Source: Stagnimonas sp.
Lineage (GTDB): Bacteria; Pseudomonadota; Gammaproteobacteria; Nevskiales; Nevskiaceae
Length of the DNA: 64,000 bases
Assembly (NCBI GenBank): GCA_046598075.1
Contig: JBKJJE010000186.1
Location: forward strand, 3,402 to 67,401
Reading direction: 5' to 3'
Shown here: positions 49,953 through 59,824 of the stretch, one piece after another
Numbering within the stretch: the first letter of the stretch is position 1
Layout of the letters: every line of letters begins with the position of its first letter
Notes under the pieces: model-generated
Databases searched by the model: none
Told to the model about the DNA's origin: nothing
The model's input: only the letters and a program-made list of their open reading frames with translations
Made by a program: the position numbers and the translations under genes

Positions 49953-50390
49953 ATGCCGATGGCACTCGATCGACTGCAGATGCTGCAAAAGCTTGCCGCC
50001 CGGCACGAGCAGGACGCGCTGAAGGCGCTGGCCGAGGCGCAGCGCCTGCTGGCCAGTCGCGAGATGGTGCATCGGGAACTGCAGGGCTATCTGCACAGCT
50101 ACGAGCAGCAGCCCAGCCAGATCGCCAGCGCGGTGCTGCTGCTGAACCAGCAGGCGTTCACCCAGCGGCTGCGGCAGGCGGTGAATGCGCAGTGCATGCA
50201 GGTCGGCGAGGCTGCTGCCGCGCTGACGCTGGCCCGCGCGCACTGGCTGGAACAGAAGCGGCAGTTGCGCATCGCCGAGCAGCTCTGCGCGCAGGCCCGC
50301 GAGCGTTGCCGCCAGCAGGGCGAGCGCCGCGCCCAGCACGAGACCGATGAACTGGCCACCCAGCGCTGGCTGGCGGTCAGTCAGGGATGA
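49953..50390 (+). CDS. fliJ: Flagellar export chaperone FliJ
   Basis: Coiled-coil protein after fliI, ending QHETDELA. Confidence 0.85.
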   Translation: MPMALDRLQMLQKLAARHEQDALKALAEAQRLLASREMVHRELQGYLHSYEQQPSQIASAVLLLNQQAFTQRLRQAVNAQCMQVGEAAAALTLARAHWLEQKRQLRIAEQLCAQARERCRQQGERRAQHETDELATQRWLAVSQG

Positions 50391-51627
50391 ACCGCGAGCA
50401 CGAAGCGCCGCCACCGGACTGGAGCCGGCCGTGACCGTGCTGACCGCGGCCGCTACGCCGGCGCCGGCTGTGCTGCCGAGAACGGTCGGCGTCGGGGCTG
50501 AAACCCCGCTGCTGTCGGCGACGACAGCATTCCGCATGCCACCGACTGCCGAGCTGCCGGCCCCGGAGGCTGCCGCACAAACCCCAGCGGCGCTGCTGCC
50601 GACCAGGCCCAGAAGCAGCCTGCCCAGTTCGGCCGAGCTGCCGCAGCCGCTGGATCTCGGCGGCCAGCTGCTGGCGCTGTTGCAGCTGCTGATCCCCGCC
50701 AGTGCCCCGCAACCCTCGTCAACCCCACTGGCAGAAGACGCCGACGCCCTGCCTGACGGGTCGGCGACAGCATCGGCCGCGGCGGGCGAGGCTGCCGCCG
50801 CGGCCGGCCAGCCGCCGTGGCTGGCGCTGCCCGTCGCGTTGCTGCCGACGCCGTTGGCGGCGGCTGCGAGCGCGCTGCCGCAGGCGCCGGCCAGCGGCTC
50901 GCCGCAGGGCGGCAGCACGCTTTCGCAGCTGCCGCAGCTGCCGCCGCTACCGCCCGCTGCCGCCGCCACCGACCAGAGTGCGCCGCCGCCGCCAGCGACC
51001 CCGGCAGCAGCGTCACCCACATTTCCGGCTGCCGTGATCGACGCGGCGGAGGAGCCGGCGGCCGTAGACACCACTGCCGCGCCAGCGCCAGCCCCACCCA
51101 CCGTGGTCGCGACCAGCCAGGTCGCCAGTACCGACCCGGTGACCGCGGTCGGCATCCTGCCGCCGCTGCCAGCCACCGCACCGCTGCCTGCCGCCACCGC
51201 TACCGCGCCGCCACCGCCGACATTCCAGCTGGCAGCAGCGGATCTGCCGCTGCGCCTGGGTGATCAGCTGCAATGGCTGCTGGCCGGTGACACCCAGGAA
51301 GTGCGGCTGCAACTGCATCCCCGCGAGTTCGGCCACATCAGCGTGCAGATCCGGGTCGAAGGGCAGGGCGTGCAGGTGGCCTTCGTCGCCGAGCATCCGG
51401 CTGCGCGTGCCGCTCTCGAACAGGCGCTACCGCAGCTGCGCGAGCGGTTTCTCGCCGATGGCCTGCAGCTGCTGGATGCGGAGGTCGGCGGCGGCCAGGG
51501 GCAGGCCCATGCGCCGCCGCAGGTACCTGATGCCGGCCACCGCAGCGAGCCGGCGCAGGACGAGGGCGAGCCGCCACTGCCGCCGGGCGTGCGCCAGCGG
51601 GTGGGACTGATAGACCAGTACGCCTGA
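50347..51627 (+). CDS. fliK: Hook-length control protein FliK (start uncertain)
   Basis: Ala/Pro-rich N-terminus and C-terminal domain EVRLQLHPREFGHISVQIRV...ALEQALPQLRERF. Confidence 0.88.
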   Translation: MNWPPSAGWRSVRDEPRARSAATGLEPAVTVLTAAATPAPAVLPRTVGVGAETPLLSATTAFRMPPTAELPAPEAAAQTPAALLPTRPRSSLPSSAELPQPLDLGGQLLALLQLLIPASAPQPSSTPLAEDADALPDGSATASAAAGEAAAAAGQPPWLALPVALLPTPLAAAASALPQAPASGSPQGGSTLSQLPQLPPLPPAAAATDQSAPPPPATPAAASPTFPAAVIDAAEEPAAVDTTAAPAPAPPTVVATSQVASTDPVTAVGILPPLPATAPLPAATATAPPPPTFQLAAADLPLRLGDQLQWLLAGDTQEVRLQLHPREFGHISVQIRVEGQGVQVAFVAEHPAARAALEQALPQLRERFLADGLQLLDAEVGGGQGQAHAPPQVPDAGHRSEPAQDEGEPPLPPGVRQRVGLIDQYA

Positions 51628-51634
51628 GGCAGCG

Positions 51635-51654
51635 GGCGACGCATTTCCGTCGCC
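51635..51654. promoter_or_regulatory. Palindromic 20-mer, putative enhancer site, copy 2
   Basis: GGCGACGCATTTCCGTCGCC, identical to 30442-30461. Confidence 0.55.
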
Positions 51655-51726
51655 GTGTCAGCCGGTTGCAGATCCAGAGGCGGCGACAGAATCCCGACAG
51701 TGCCCTCAATGCCCGTGAACAGGGGC

Positions 51727-51742
51727 TGGAACAGGCCTTGCT
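51727..51742 (+). promoter_or_regulatory. sigma54-type promoter for the fliL operon
   Basis: TGGAAC-AGGCC-TTGCT. Confidence 0.65.
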
Positions 51743-51784
51743 GCGAGGCAGGACAACCGGCACATCCAAAGCCTGCGAGCACCC

Positions 51785-52372
51785 ATGTCCAGCCCTGCCA
51801 ACAAGACAGCCGAACCCGCCACCGCAGCGCCTGCCAGTCCCGGCAGATCGAAGGTACTGCTGATCTCGGCAGTGGTGCTGGCCGCCGCCGCATCGGCCGG
51901 CGGCACCTACTTCGTCTCGCAGCGGCAGTTCGCCGCGCAGGCTCCGGTCGATGGCGAGGCTGAGGCCGAACAGAGCGCAGACAGCCACGACAGCAAGCCC
52001 GACGCCCATGGCGGCGGTCACGCCGACGCTGCCGTCAGCGGCAAGAGCAAGGGCGCTGCGGCCTATCAGCCGCTGGCCCCCTCGTTCGTGGTCAACCTGG
52101 CCGACACCGATGCCAGCCGCTACCTGATGGTGGATATGGAAGTGATGGCCCGCAAGGGTTCGCCGGAGGCAGCCATCACCGAAAACCTGCCCAGCATCCG
52201 CAACGCCCTGCTGATGCTGCTCAGCCAGCAGAGCTCGAGCAGCCTGCACAGCCGCGAAGGCAAGGAGGCGCTGCGCCAGGCGGCGCTGACGGAGATCCAG
52301 GCAGTACTCACCCGCGAAACCGGCAAGCCGGTGATCGAGGCGGTTTTCTTCACCAGCTTCGTGGTGCAGTGA
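51785..52372 (+). CDS. fliL: Flagellar basal-body protein FliL
   Basis: Single TM, FVVNLAD, PSIRNALL, AVFFTSFVVQ. Confidence 0.92.
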   Translation: MSSPANKTAEPATAAPASPGRSKVLLISAVVLAAAASAGGTYFVSQRQFAAQAPVDGEAEAEQSADSHDSKPDAHGGGHADAAVSGKSKGAAAYQPLAPSFVVNLADTDASRYLMVDMEVMARKGSPEAAITENLPSIRNALLMLLSQQSSSSLHSREGKEALRQAALTEIQAVLTRETGKPVIEAVFFTSFVVQ

Positions 52373-52373
52373 G

Positions 52374-53378
52374 ATGAGCGCAAACGGTGGACATGACCTG
52401 CTCTCGCAGGACGAGATCGACGCCCTGCTGCATGGCGTCAACAGCGGCGATGTCGAGACCGAGGCGCCGCCAGAGGCGCCCGGCGTGGCGAAAGCCTTCG
52501 ACTTCGCAACCCAGGACCGCATCGTCCGCGGCCGCCTGCCGACGCTGGAGATGATCAACGAACGCTTTGCGCGGCTGTTCCGGATCAGCCTTTTCAATCT
52601 GCTGCGGCGCACGCCGGAGCTGTCGGTGGTGGGCATCGAGATGGCGAAGTTCGCCGACTACACGCATTCGCTGTTCGTGCCCACCAGCCTGAACCTGGTG
52701 CGGGTCAAGCCGCTGCGCGGCACGGCGCTGTTCATCCTGGAGCCGAAGCTGGTGTTCGCAGCCGTCGAGAACTTCTTCGGCGGCGACGGCAAGATCCACA
52801 CCAAGATCGAGGGCCGCGAGTTCACGCCCACCGAGATGCGGGTCATCCAGATGATGCTGCGGCAGGCGTTCGTCGACCTGCAGGAGGCCTGGTCGCCGGT
52901 ACTGGGCATGGAGTTCGAGTACATCAACTCCGAGGTCAATCCGCATTTCGCCAACATCGTCTCGCCCAGCGAGCTGGTGGTGATCAGCAAGTTCCGCATC
53001 GAGCTGGAAGGCGGCGGCGGCGATCTGCACATCACCATGCCGTACTCGATGATCGAGCCGATCCGCGACCAGCTCGACACCGGCCTGCAATCCGATCGCA
53101 TGGACAAGGACGAACGCTGGAGCCAGGCGCTGCGCGAGCAGCTGCAGGACGCCGAACTCGAGATCGGCAGCCAGCTCGCCAACATGCGCCTGCCGGTGCG
53201 TGAACTGATGCAGCTCAAGGCCGGCGACGTGCTGCCGATCACGCTGCCCAAGTACGTCGATCTGTGCGTCGAGGACATGCCCATCTTCCGCGGCAGCTTC
53301 GGCACCGCCAACGGCAAGAACGCCGTCCGCATCAGTGAAGTGATCCGCCGGGGACCGAAGTCCCTGCCCAGCGTCTGA
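52374..53378 (+). CDS. fliM: Motor switch protein FliM
   Basis: LLSQDEIDALL, RGRLPTLEMINERFAR, EGREFTPTE. Confidence 0.97.
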   Translation: MSANGGHDLLSQDEIDALLHGVNSGDVETEAPPEAPGVAKAFDFATQDRIVRGRLPTLEMINERFARLFRISLFNLLRRTPELSVVGIEMAKFADYTHSLFVPTSLNLVRVKPLRGTALFILEPKLVFAAVENFFGGDGKIHTKIEGREFTPTEMRVIQMMLRQAFVDLQEAWSPVLGMEFEYINSEVNPHFANIVSPSELVVISKFRIELEGGGGDLHITMPYSMIEPIRDQLDTGLQSDRMDKDERWSQALREQLQDAELEIGSQLANMRLPVRELMQLKAGDVLPITLPKYVDLCVEDMPIFRGSFGTANGKNAVRISEVIRRGPKSLPSV

Positions 53379-53407
53379 ACCTATCCGCCACCCGTTCCGA
53401 GAATCCC

Positions 53408-53779
53408 ATGAGCAACAGCACCATGACTGCCGACACCCCCCAGGGCAAGGACTTTGCCCGCGCCAGTTTCCAGAACCTCGAAGACGGCCAGGCCAGCGGC
53501 TCCCGCGCGCTCGGCAACGAGTTCAATCTCGATGTGATTCTCGACGTCGCCGTCTCGCTGTCGATGGAAGTCGGCCGGGCGCGCATCCCAATCCGCAACC
53601 TGCTGCAGCTCAATCAGGGTTCGGTGGTCGAGCTCGAGCGCGCGGCGGGAGAACCGCTGGATGTCTATGCCAACGGCACCCTGATCGCCCATGGCGAAGT
53701 GGTGGTGGTCAACGAGAAATTCGGCATCCGGCTCACCGATGTGGTGAGCCCTGCCGAACGCATCCGCAAGCTCAAGTAG
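53408..53779 (+). CDS. fliN: Motor switch protein FliN
   Basis: NLDVILDV, GEVVVVNEKFGIRLTDV. Confidence 0.97.
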   Translation: MSNSTMTADTPQGKDFARASFQNLEDGQASGSRALGNEFNLDVILDVAVSLSMEVGRARIPIRNLLQLNQGSVVELERAAGEPLDVYANGTLIAHGEVVVVNEKFGIRLTDVVSPAERIRKLK

Positions 53780-53795
53780 GCCGGAGGTCGATCCG

Positions 53796-54308
53796 GTGTA
53801 TTCCAGGGCGCACAGCAGCGTGATCGACTTCGATGCCGGTCACTCAGGGTCGCTGGCAGGCGGTGGCGGACTGACCGGGGACGCCAGCCTCGCCGCGGCG
53901 CAGACAGCGCCGACCAGCCTTGCTGCCACCACCCAGAAAGCACCGGCACACGGCCCGCAAGCAGCACCACCGGAACTCTCCCAGAGCATGGCGGCCACCA
54001 CCGGTAGCCTGCTGCTGGTGGTGGCACTGATTGTCGGCCTGGGCTGGCTGCTGCGGCGGATGCAGGGCATGCGCCTGCAGGGCGGCGCGCTGATCCGGGT
54101 GCTGGCCAGCCAGGCGCTCGGCCACAAGGAGCGGGTGGTGATGGTGCAGGTCGGCGATACCCAGCTGCTGGTCGGCGTCACCGGCCAGCAGATCAATCTG
54201 CTGCATCGCTTCGAAGCACCCATCTCCGCAGCGGCAGCCACCACCGAACCCGATCTCAGCCCCTTTGCCAGGCGGCTGCGTCAATTCATGCAACGCGAGA
54301 ACAACTAA
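53796..54308 (+). CDS. fliO: Flagellar biosynthesis protein FliO (start uncertain)
   Basis: LLLVVALIVGLGWLLRR, LGHKERVVMVQVG..QLLVGVT. Confidence 0.88.
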   Translation: MYSRAHSSVIDFDAGHSGSLAGGGGLTGDASLAAAQTAPTSLAATTQKAPAHGPQAAPPELSQSMAATTGSLLLVVALIVGLGWLLRRMQGMRLQGGALIRVLASQALGHKERVVMVQVGDTQLLVGVTGQQINLLHRFEAPISAAAATTEPDLSPFARRLRQFMQRENN

Positions 54309-55054
54309 TGCGATTCCTGTCACTGGCAGCACTCTGGCTGCTGGCGGGTAGCGCCGCCGCCGCCGAGCTGGGCGGCCTACCGGCACTCACTACGGCACCC
54401 GCAGCCGGCGGTGGCCAGACCTACAGCCTGAGCCTGCAGGTGCTGCTGCTGATGACGGCACTCACCCTGCTGCCGGCGGCCCTGCTGTCGATGACTGCCT
54501 TCACCCGCATCGTGGTGGTGCTCGGCCTGCTGCGTCAGGCGCTGGGCACCGGCGGCACGCCCTCGAACCAGATCCTGATCGGCCTGGCACTGGCACTGAG
54601 CTTCTTCGTCATGCAGCCGGTCTACGACCGCGTGTATGCCGAGGCGGCCAAGCCCTATCTCGACGGCACCATGGCCTTCGAGCCGGCGCTGGCGGCGGCG
54701 GCAAAACCGATGCGCGGCTTCATGCTGGCGCAGACCCGCGAGGCCGACCTGATGGCGTTCGCGCGCATCGCCGGCCATGGCGAATACGGCGGCCCGGACG
54801 ATATTCCGTTCACCGTGCTGGCCAGCGCCTTCGTTACCAGCGAGCTGACCACGGCGTTCCAGATCGGCTTCCTGCTGTTCATCCCTTTCGTGGTGATCGA
54901 TCTGGTGGTCGCCAGCGTGCTGATGAGCCTGGGCATGATGATGCTGAGCCCGGTGATCATCTCGCTGCCGTTCAAGCTGATGCTGTTCGTGCTGGTCGAT
55001 GGCTGGGCGCTGGTCACCGGCACCCTGGTCGCCAGTTTCCAGCCGGCGCTATGA
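54308..55054 (+). CDS. fliP: Export gate protein FliP
   Basis: MTAFTRIVVVL, PSNQILIGLAL, AFVTSEL, PFKLMLFVLVDGW. Confidence 0.97.
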   Translation: MRFLSLAALWLLAGSAAAAELGGLPALTTAPAAGGGQTYSLSLQVLLLMTALTLLPAALLSMTAFTRIVVVLGLLRQALGTGGTPSNQILIGLALALSFFVMQPVYDRVYAEAAKPYLDGTMAFEPALAAAAKPMRGFMLAQTREADLMAFARIAGHGEYGGPDDIPFTVLASAFVTSELTTAFQIGFLLFIPFVVIDLVVASVLMSLGMMMLSPVIISLPFKLMLFVLVDGWALVTGTLVASFQPAL

Positions 55055-55320
55055 ATCCCGAGACGGTGTTGAGCGTCGGCAGCCAGGCCTTGCAGCTGGC
55101 GCTGCTGCTGGCCGCACCGCTGCTGCTGACGGCACTGGTGGTGGGCGTGCTGGTGGGCGTGTTTCAGGCGGCGACCCAGATCAACGAGATGACGCTGTCG
55201 TTCATCCCCAAGCTGCTCGCCACGGCGGCAGTGATGGTGGTCACCGGCCCCTGGATGCTGCGCCTGCTGACCGAATACACCCGGCGCCTGTTCGAGAGCA
55301 TTCCGACCCTTATTCATTAG
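55051..55320 (+). CDS. fliQ: Export gate protein FliQ
   Basis: FQAATQINEMTLSFIPK. Confidence 0.97.
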   Translation: MNPETVLSVGSQALQLALLLAAPLLLTALVVGVLVGVFQAATQINEMTLSFIPKLLATAAVMVVTGPWMLRLLTEYTRRLFESIPTLIH

Positions 55321-55324
55321 CCCG

Positions 55325-56119
55325 ATGACTTTCACTGACGCGCAACTGCTGGGCTGGATGGAGATGCTGTTCTGGCCGCTCACCCGCGTCGCTGGCCTGC
55401 TGGCGATAGCACCGGTGCTGGGTGCACGCACGGTGCCGCGGCCGATCCGGGTGGTGCTGGCGCTGCTGATCACGCTGGTGTTGCTGCCGGTGTTGCTGCC
55501 GGTGTTGCCGCCGATGCCGGTGATTGCGCTGTTCAGCCCGGCCTGGTGGCTGGAGACCCTGCACGAGCTCGTACTCGGGGTGGTGATGGGCTTCGTGGTG
55601 ATGGTGGTGTTCGAGGCGGTGGTGCTCGGCGGCGAGCTGATCGCCTACGGCATGGGGCTGAGTTTCGCGCAGCTGGTGGACCCGCTGCGGGGTGCCGGTA
55701 CGCCCGTGGTGGGGCAGATGCTGCTGGTGCTGGCGACGCTGATGTTTCTCTCGCTGCAGGGCCATCTGCGGCTGATCGAAGCCCTGGCGATGAGTTTCCA
55801 GCGGCTGCCGGTCGGCGACTCGGCGCTGAACGTGGAGGCGCTGCATAGCCTGGTGCTGTGGGGCGGGCAGATCTTTTCGGCGGGAATGCAGATCGCGCTG
55901 CCGGTGATGATGGCGCTGCTGCTGGCCAATCTGGCGTTCGGGGTGATGAGCCGCAGCGCCCCGGCGCTGAGCGCGATGTCGGTGGGCTTTCCGATTTCGC
56001 TCGCCGCCGGCCTGCTGCTGTTGCGCTACAGCCTGCCGGGTCTGCAAAGCGTCTTTTCGCAGACGCTGGATGCCGCCTATGCCTTCCTGACCACCCTGAT
56101 GCCGCTCGCAAATGAGTGA
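55325..56119 (+). CDS. fliR: Export gate protein FliR
   Basis: GELIAYGMGLSFA, HLRLIEAL, GVMSRSAP. Confidence 0.95.
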   Translation: MTFTDAQLLGWMEMLFWPLTRVAGLLAIAPVLGARTVPRPIRVVLALLITLVLLPVLLPVLPPMPVIALFSPAWWLETLHELVLGVVMGFVVMVVFEAVVLGGELIAYGMGLSFAQLVDPLRGAGTPVVGQMLLVLATLMFLSLQGHLRLIEALAMSFQRLPVGDSALNVEALHSLVLWGGQIFSAGMQIALPVMMALLLANLAFGVMSRSAPALSAMSVGFPISLAAGLLLLRYSLPGLQSVFSQTLDAAYAFLTTLMPLANE

Positions 56120-57248
56120 ATCCGGCAGCCAGGACAAGACCGAGAAGGCCACTGCCAAGCGACTGCGCGAGTCGCGCGAGAAAGGCCAGGTGCCGCGCTC
56201 GCGCGAGCTTTCCACCGCCGTGGTGATGGGCGCCGGTGCCGCGCTGCTGCTGGGCTACGGCTCGACGCTGGCGCGCCGCAGCGCCGAGGGCATGCGGCAG
56301 GCGCTGAGCTTTTCGCCGGCGCTGCTGGATGATCCCTCGCGGCTGCCGGCGCTGCTCGGCCAGGCGCTGCTGCAGGGCCTGCTGAGCTTCATGCCGCTGT
56401 TCGCCGCGACGGTCGTCGCGGCGCTGCTGGCGCCGCTCCTGATCGGCGGCTGGAACTTCAGCCAGCAGGCCCTGCAGCCAGACTTCCAGCGCATCAATCC
56501 GCTCAGTGGACTGGCGCGCATGTTCTCCGCCAATAGTCTGGTGGAGCTGATCAAGAGCATCGCCAAGTTCGGGCTGGTGGGCGCTGTCGCGGCAGTGTTC
56601 GTGCACGGCGTGCGCGGGCAGCTGCTGGCACTCAGCGTGGAGCCTCTGGCCAGCGGCCTGGGCCACGGCCTGAGCCTGCTGCTGCAGGGCTTTGCCTGGA
56701 TGGTGGCGGCCTTGCTGGCAGTGGCCGCTATCGATGCGCCGTATCAGCTGTTCTCCCATTTCAAGCGGCTCAGGATGTCCAAGCAGGAAGTGCGCGACGA
56801 GTACAAGCAGACCGAGGGTCGCCCGGAGATCAAGAGCCGCATCCGCCGCATCCAGCAGGAAATGTCGCAGCGGCGGATGGTCGACAAGGTGCCGACCGCG
56901 GACGTGGTGATCACCAACCCCACCCACTATGCGGTGGCGCTCAGCTACAGCGCCGGCACCATGCGCGCGCCGCGGGTGGTGGCCAAGGGCCAGGGCGAGA
57001 TGGCGCGCCGCATTCGCGAGCTGGCGGAGGAGCACCGGATCACGCTGGTGTCGGCGCCGCCGCTGGCGCGCGCCCTGTATCGCGGCTGCGCGCTGGAGCA
57101 GGAAATTCCCGCGGCGCTGTACGCAGCGACAGCCCAGGTGCTGGGCTATGTCTACCAGCTGCGCAGCTGGAACGCGGGTCCGCCGCCGGTGATGCCGACG
57201 GTCGATGCCGTACCGGGTGGCGAGCCCGACCCGGAACCTCCGCACTGA
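56112..57248 (+). CDS. flhB: Export switch protein FlhB
   Basis: DKTEKAT, GQVPRSREL, EYKQTEGRPEIK, autocleavage motif NPTH. Confidence 0.97.
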   Translation: MSESGSQDKTEKATAKRLRESREKGQVPRSRELSTAVVMGAGAALLLGYGSTLARRSAEGMRQALSFSPALLDDPSRLPALLGQALLQGLLSFMPLFAATVVAALLAPLLIGGWNFSQQALQPDFQRINPLSGLARMFSANSLVELIKSIAKFGLVGAVAAVFVHGVRGQLLALSVEPLASGLGHGLSLLLQGFAWMVAALLAVAAIDAPYQLFSHFKRLRMSKQEVRDEYKQTEGRPEIKSRIRRIQQEMSQRRMVDKVPTADVVITNPTHYAVALSYSAGTMRAPRVVAKGQGEMARRIRELAEEHRITLVSAPPLARALYRGCALEQEIPAALYAATAQVLGYVYQLRSWNAGPPPVMPTVDAVPGGEPDPEPPH

Positions 57249-57284
57249 GGTCGTGTAGGCGGGAACGGGACTTGCAGATGCCCG

Positions 57285-59573
57285 ATGAGCGCATTGCGCA
57301 GGGACAACCCCATCCGCACCGGTATCGCCATGCAAGCCGAATCAGCCGAGCATCCGCATCCAGCCAGCCTGCCCGCCATCCGCAGGGCTGTCCCCCTGCT
57401 GGCGACCCTGGCGCTGCTGGCTGCTGCCGGCCTTGTCGGTCTGGCCTGGATCGAAGCGCCGCTGCTGCCCGAGCTGCCGCTGCTGCCGGCGCTGCTGCTG
57501 GGCGGCAATGCAACGCTGCTGCTGGTCGCACTGCTGCAGCTGGTCGGCGGGCGGTTCAGATCCTCGGCACTGGCATTACTGTTGGTGGGCTGCCTGCCAG
57601 TGCTGGGCCTGCTGCTGGCGCAACTGCCGATGCCGCTGCCGCCCGCCATGGCCTCGCTGCGCTGGCTGTGGCTGACCGCTACGGCAGCGGCATGGATGGC
57701 GCCGGTCGGCGCGCTGGCGCTGCTGTTTGGCCGCGGCGTGCCGCGCCTCTGGGGCAGCCTGGCGCTGCTGCTGCTGGCGACGGCGAGCAGTCTGGCGACC
57801 ATCGATTGCTGGTGGCCACGGCGGGAGCTGATCCCGGACTTGAGCCTGGTGACCGGAGTTTTCCTGGCCGGCTGGGCGCTGCACCTGCTGACTGCCCTGC
57901 TCTGGTTGCCGGCTGCTGCACCGCGTCGGCAGCCGAAGCCGGCCGCCGGATTTTCGGCGCCGCACATCAGCGAGGGCGAGGCCAGCGAGCTGCGCTTCGC
58001 GCATGCCTTCAACCGCGCCGCAGTGGGTATCGCGATGACCGATGCCGGCGGCGGCTGGCTATGGGCCAATGCCCGGCTGTGCGAGATCTCCGGCTATCCG
58101 CTGGAGCAGCTGCGCACACTCGACGTATTGGCGCTCACCCATCCGGAAGACCGCGAGGCCGAGGCCGAGCGCCGCCGCCGCCTGCTGGCCGGCGAGATCG
58201 ATGACTACGCGATGGAGCAACGGCAGGTCGCCAGATCCGGCGCGGTGATCTGGGTCAACCTGTTCGTGCGGCGGCTGGATGCCGGGCCGATGGCGCCGCT
58301 GCGGGTGATCCTGGTGGTGGAAGACATCAGCGAACGCCATCACAACGAAGCCCGCCTGCTGGCGCTGACCAGCAACCTCGAGCGGCAGGTCAGCGAGCGC
58401 ACCTCGCAGCTGCACCTGAGCATGCGCAACTGGAAGCAGCGCAACATCGAGCTGACGCTGCTGGCGCGCATGGGCGCGGCACTGCAGGCGGCGGAAACCC
58501 TGACTGCGGCCAGCCATCTGATCGCGCGCTATCTGCCAGAGATCTTCGGCGAATACGGCGGCGCGCTGTACCTGCGCATGGCCGCCACCGAACCGCTGTC
58601 GCTGCAATGCCAGTGGGGTGGCTACAGCGCCGCCCAGCAGCAGCTCGCCGAGGACGATTGCTGGGCCCTGCAGCTGCGCTGCGAACACCGCATCGAGGAC
58701 CCAGCCGATCCTCTGCCCTGCGCCCATCTCATCGCCCACCGCGACCATCATTCCGGCGACCGTCCCAGCCTGCTCGAACACCACAGCTGCATGCCGATCA
58801 TCGCCGAGGGCGTGCTGCTCGGCATGATCTACCTGCAGTGGCCCGGCGTCGCCGGCGGCGAGATTGCAGCCCCCGACAAGCTGCTGCTGGCGACCACCGC
58901 CGAGCAGGTCGGCCTGGCGATCCGCAACCTCGACCTGCGCGACCTGCTGCAGCGCCAGGCGATTCGCGATCCGCTCACCGGGCTCTACAACCGGCGCTTT
59001 CTCGACGACTACCTGCAGCGCCGCATGGCCGAGTCGCAGCGCAGCGGCCGCGGGCTGTCGGTGCTGGTATTCGACCTTGACCATTTCAAGCATTTCAACG
59101 ACCGCTTGGGCCACGATTGCGGCGATCACGTGCTGTGCGCCTTCGCCGCCATGCTGCAAAAGCGGGTGCGCGCCGACGAGGCAGCATTCCGCGTCGGTGG
59201 CGAGGAGTTCGTGGTGGTGCTCAACAGCGACCGCCTGGACGACGTCCGCGGTTGTGGCGAGCGGGTGCGCTCCGGCACCGAAACCCTGCAACTCGGCTTT
59301 CGTGGCCAGCCGCTGCCGACGCTCACCGTGTCCGGTGGCGCCGCCAGTTATCCGGCGCAGGGCGACAGCATCTCAGCGCTGATCCGCGCCGCCGATCAGG
59401 CGCTGTACCGCGCCAAGCACTCGGGCCGCAACTGCATCGTCATCAGCGAGTCACCAGACGACAGCACCAGCCACCCGCCCACAACCGCTGCCAGCGGGCC
59501 AGAAGCCAACGCCCGGCGCGTCGAGCAACTCACCGACGCACTGGCAGCCCAGTTGGAGCGGGAAGACTCGTGA
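57285..59573 (+). CDS. Membrane-anchored PAS-GAF-GGDEF diguanylate cyclase (start may be 57330)
   Basis: Multiple N-terminal TMs, PAS (THPEDR), GAF, DPLTGLYNRR, DLDHFKHFND..GHDCGD, RVGGEEF. Confidence 0.9.
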   Translation: MSALRRDNPIRTGIAMQAESAEHPHPASLPAIRRAVPLLATLALLAAAGLVGLAWIEAPLLPELPLLPALLLGGNATLLLVALLQLVGGRFRSSALALLLVGCLPVLGLLLAQLPMPLPPAMASLRWLWLTATAAAWMAPVGALALLFGRGVPRLWGSLALLLLATASSLATIDCWWPRRELIPDLSLVTGVFLAGWALHLLTALLWLPAAAPRRQPKPAAGFSAPHISEGEASELRFAHAFNRAAVGIAMTDAGGGWLWANARLCEISGYPLEQLRTLDVLALTHPEDREAEAERRRRLLAGEIDDYAMEQRQVARSGAVIWVNLFVRRLDAGPMAPLRVILVVEDISERHHNEARLLALTSNLERQVSERTSQLHLSMRNWKQRNIELTLLARMGAALQAAETLTAASHLIARYLPEIFGEYGGALYLRMAATEPLSLQCQWGGYSAAQQQLAEDDCWALQLRCEHRIEDPADPLPCAHLIAHRDHHSGDRPSLLEHHSCMPIIAEGVLLGMIYLQWPGVAGGEIAAPDKLLLATTAEQVGLAIRNLDLRDLLQRQAIRDPLTGLYNRRFLDDYLQRRMAESQRSGRGLSVLVFDLDHFKHFNDRLGHDCGDHVLCAFAAMLQKRVRADEAAFRVGGEEFVVVLNSDRLDDVRGCGERVRSGTETLQLGFRGQPLPTLTVSGGAASYPAQGDSISALIRAADQALYRAKHSGRNCIVISESPDDSTSHPPTTAASGPEANARRVEQLTDALAAQLEREDS

Positions 59574-59824
59574 GCCAGGTATTGCCTAAAGGCGAGCCCC
59601 TTCGACACCGGCAAATGGCCGGCCTCTGCCACTGCCGCACCAAGCCTGGGCACGAAACACACCGGGCGCAGGGTCTTGACAAGTTTTTCCAATGTCTGCT
59701 GGAGTGCATGGCAGCTCGCGCAGATTGAAGTCAACTTCACGGCAGCAGTTTCACCGGGGTGGGGGGCAGCAAAGGTGAATCATGGAAGACACACAGTTGG
59801 CGGCAGTCGCGTAGGTCTCATTAA

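Noticed and set aside
50400-51230. Low-complexity Ala/Pro-rich, repeat-like DNA
   Set aside because: This is the normal disordered ruler region of FliK and not a separate repeat element.
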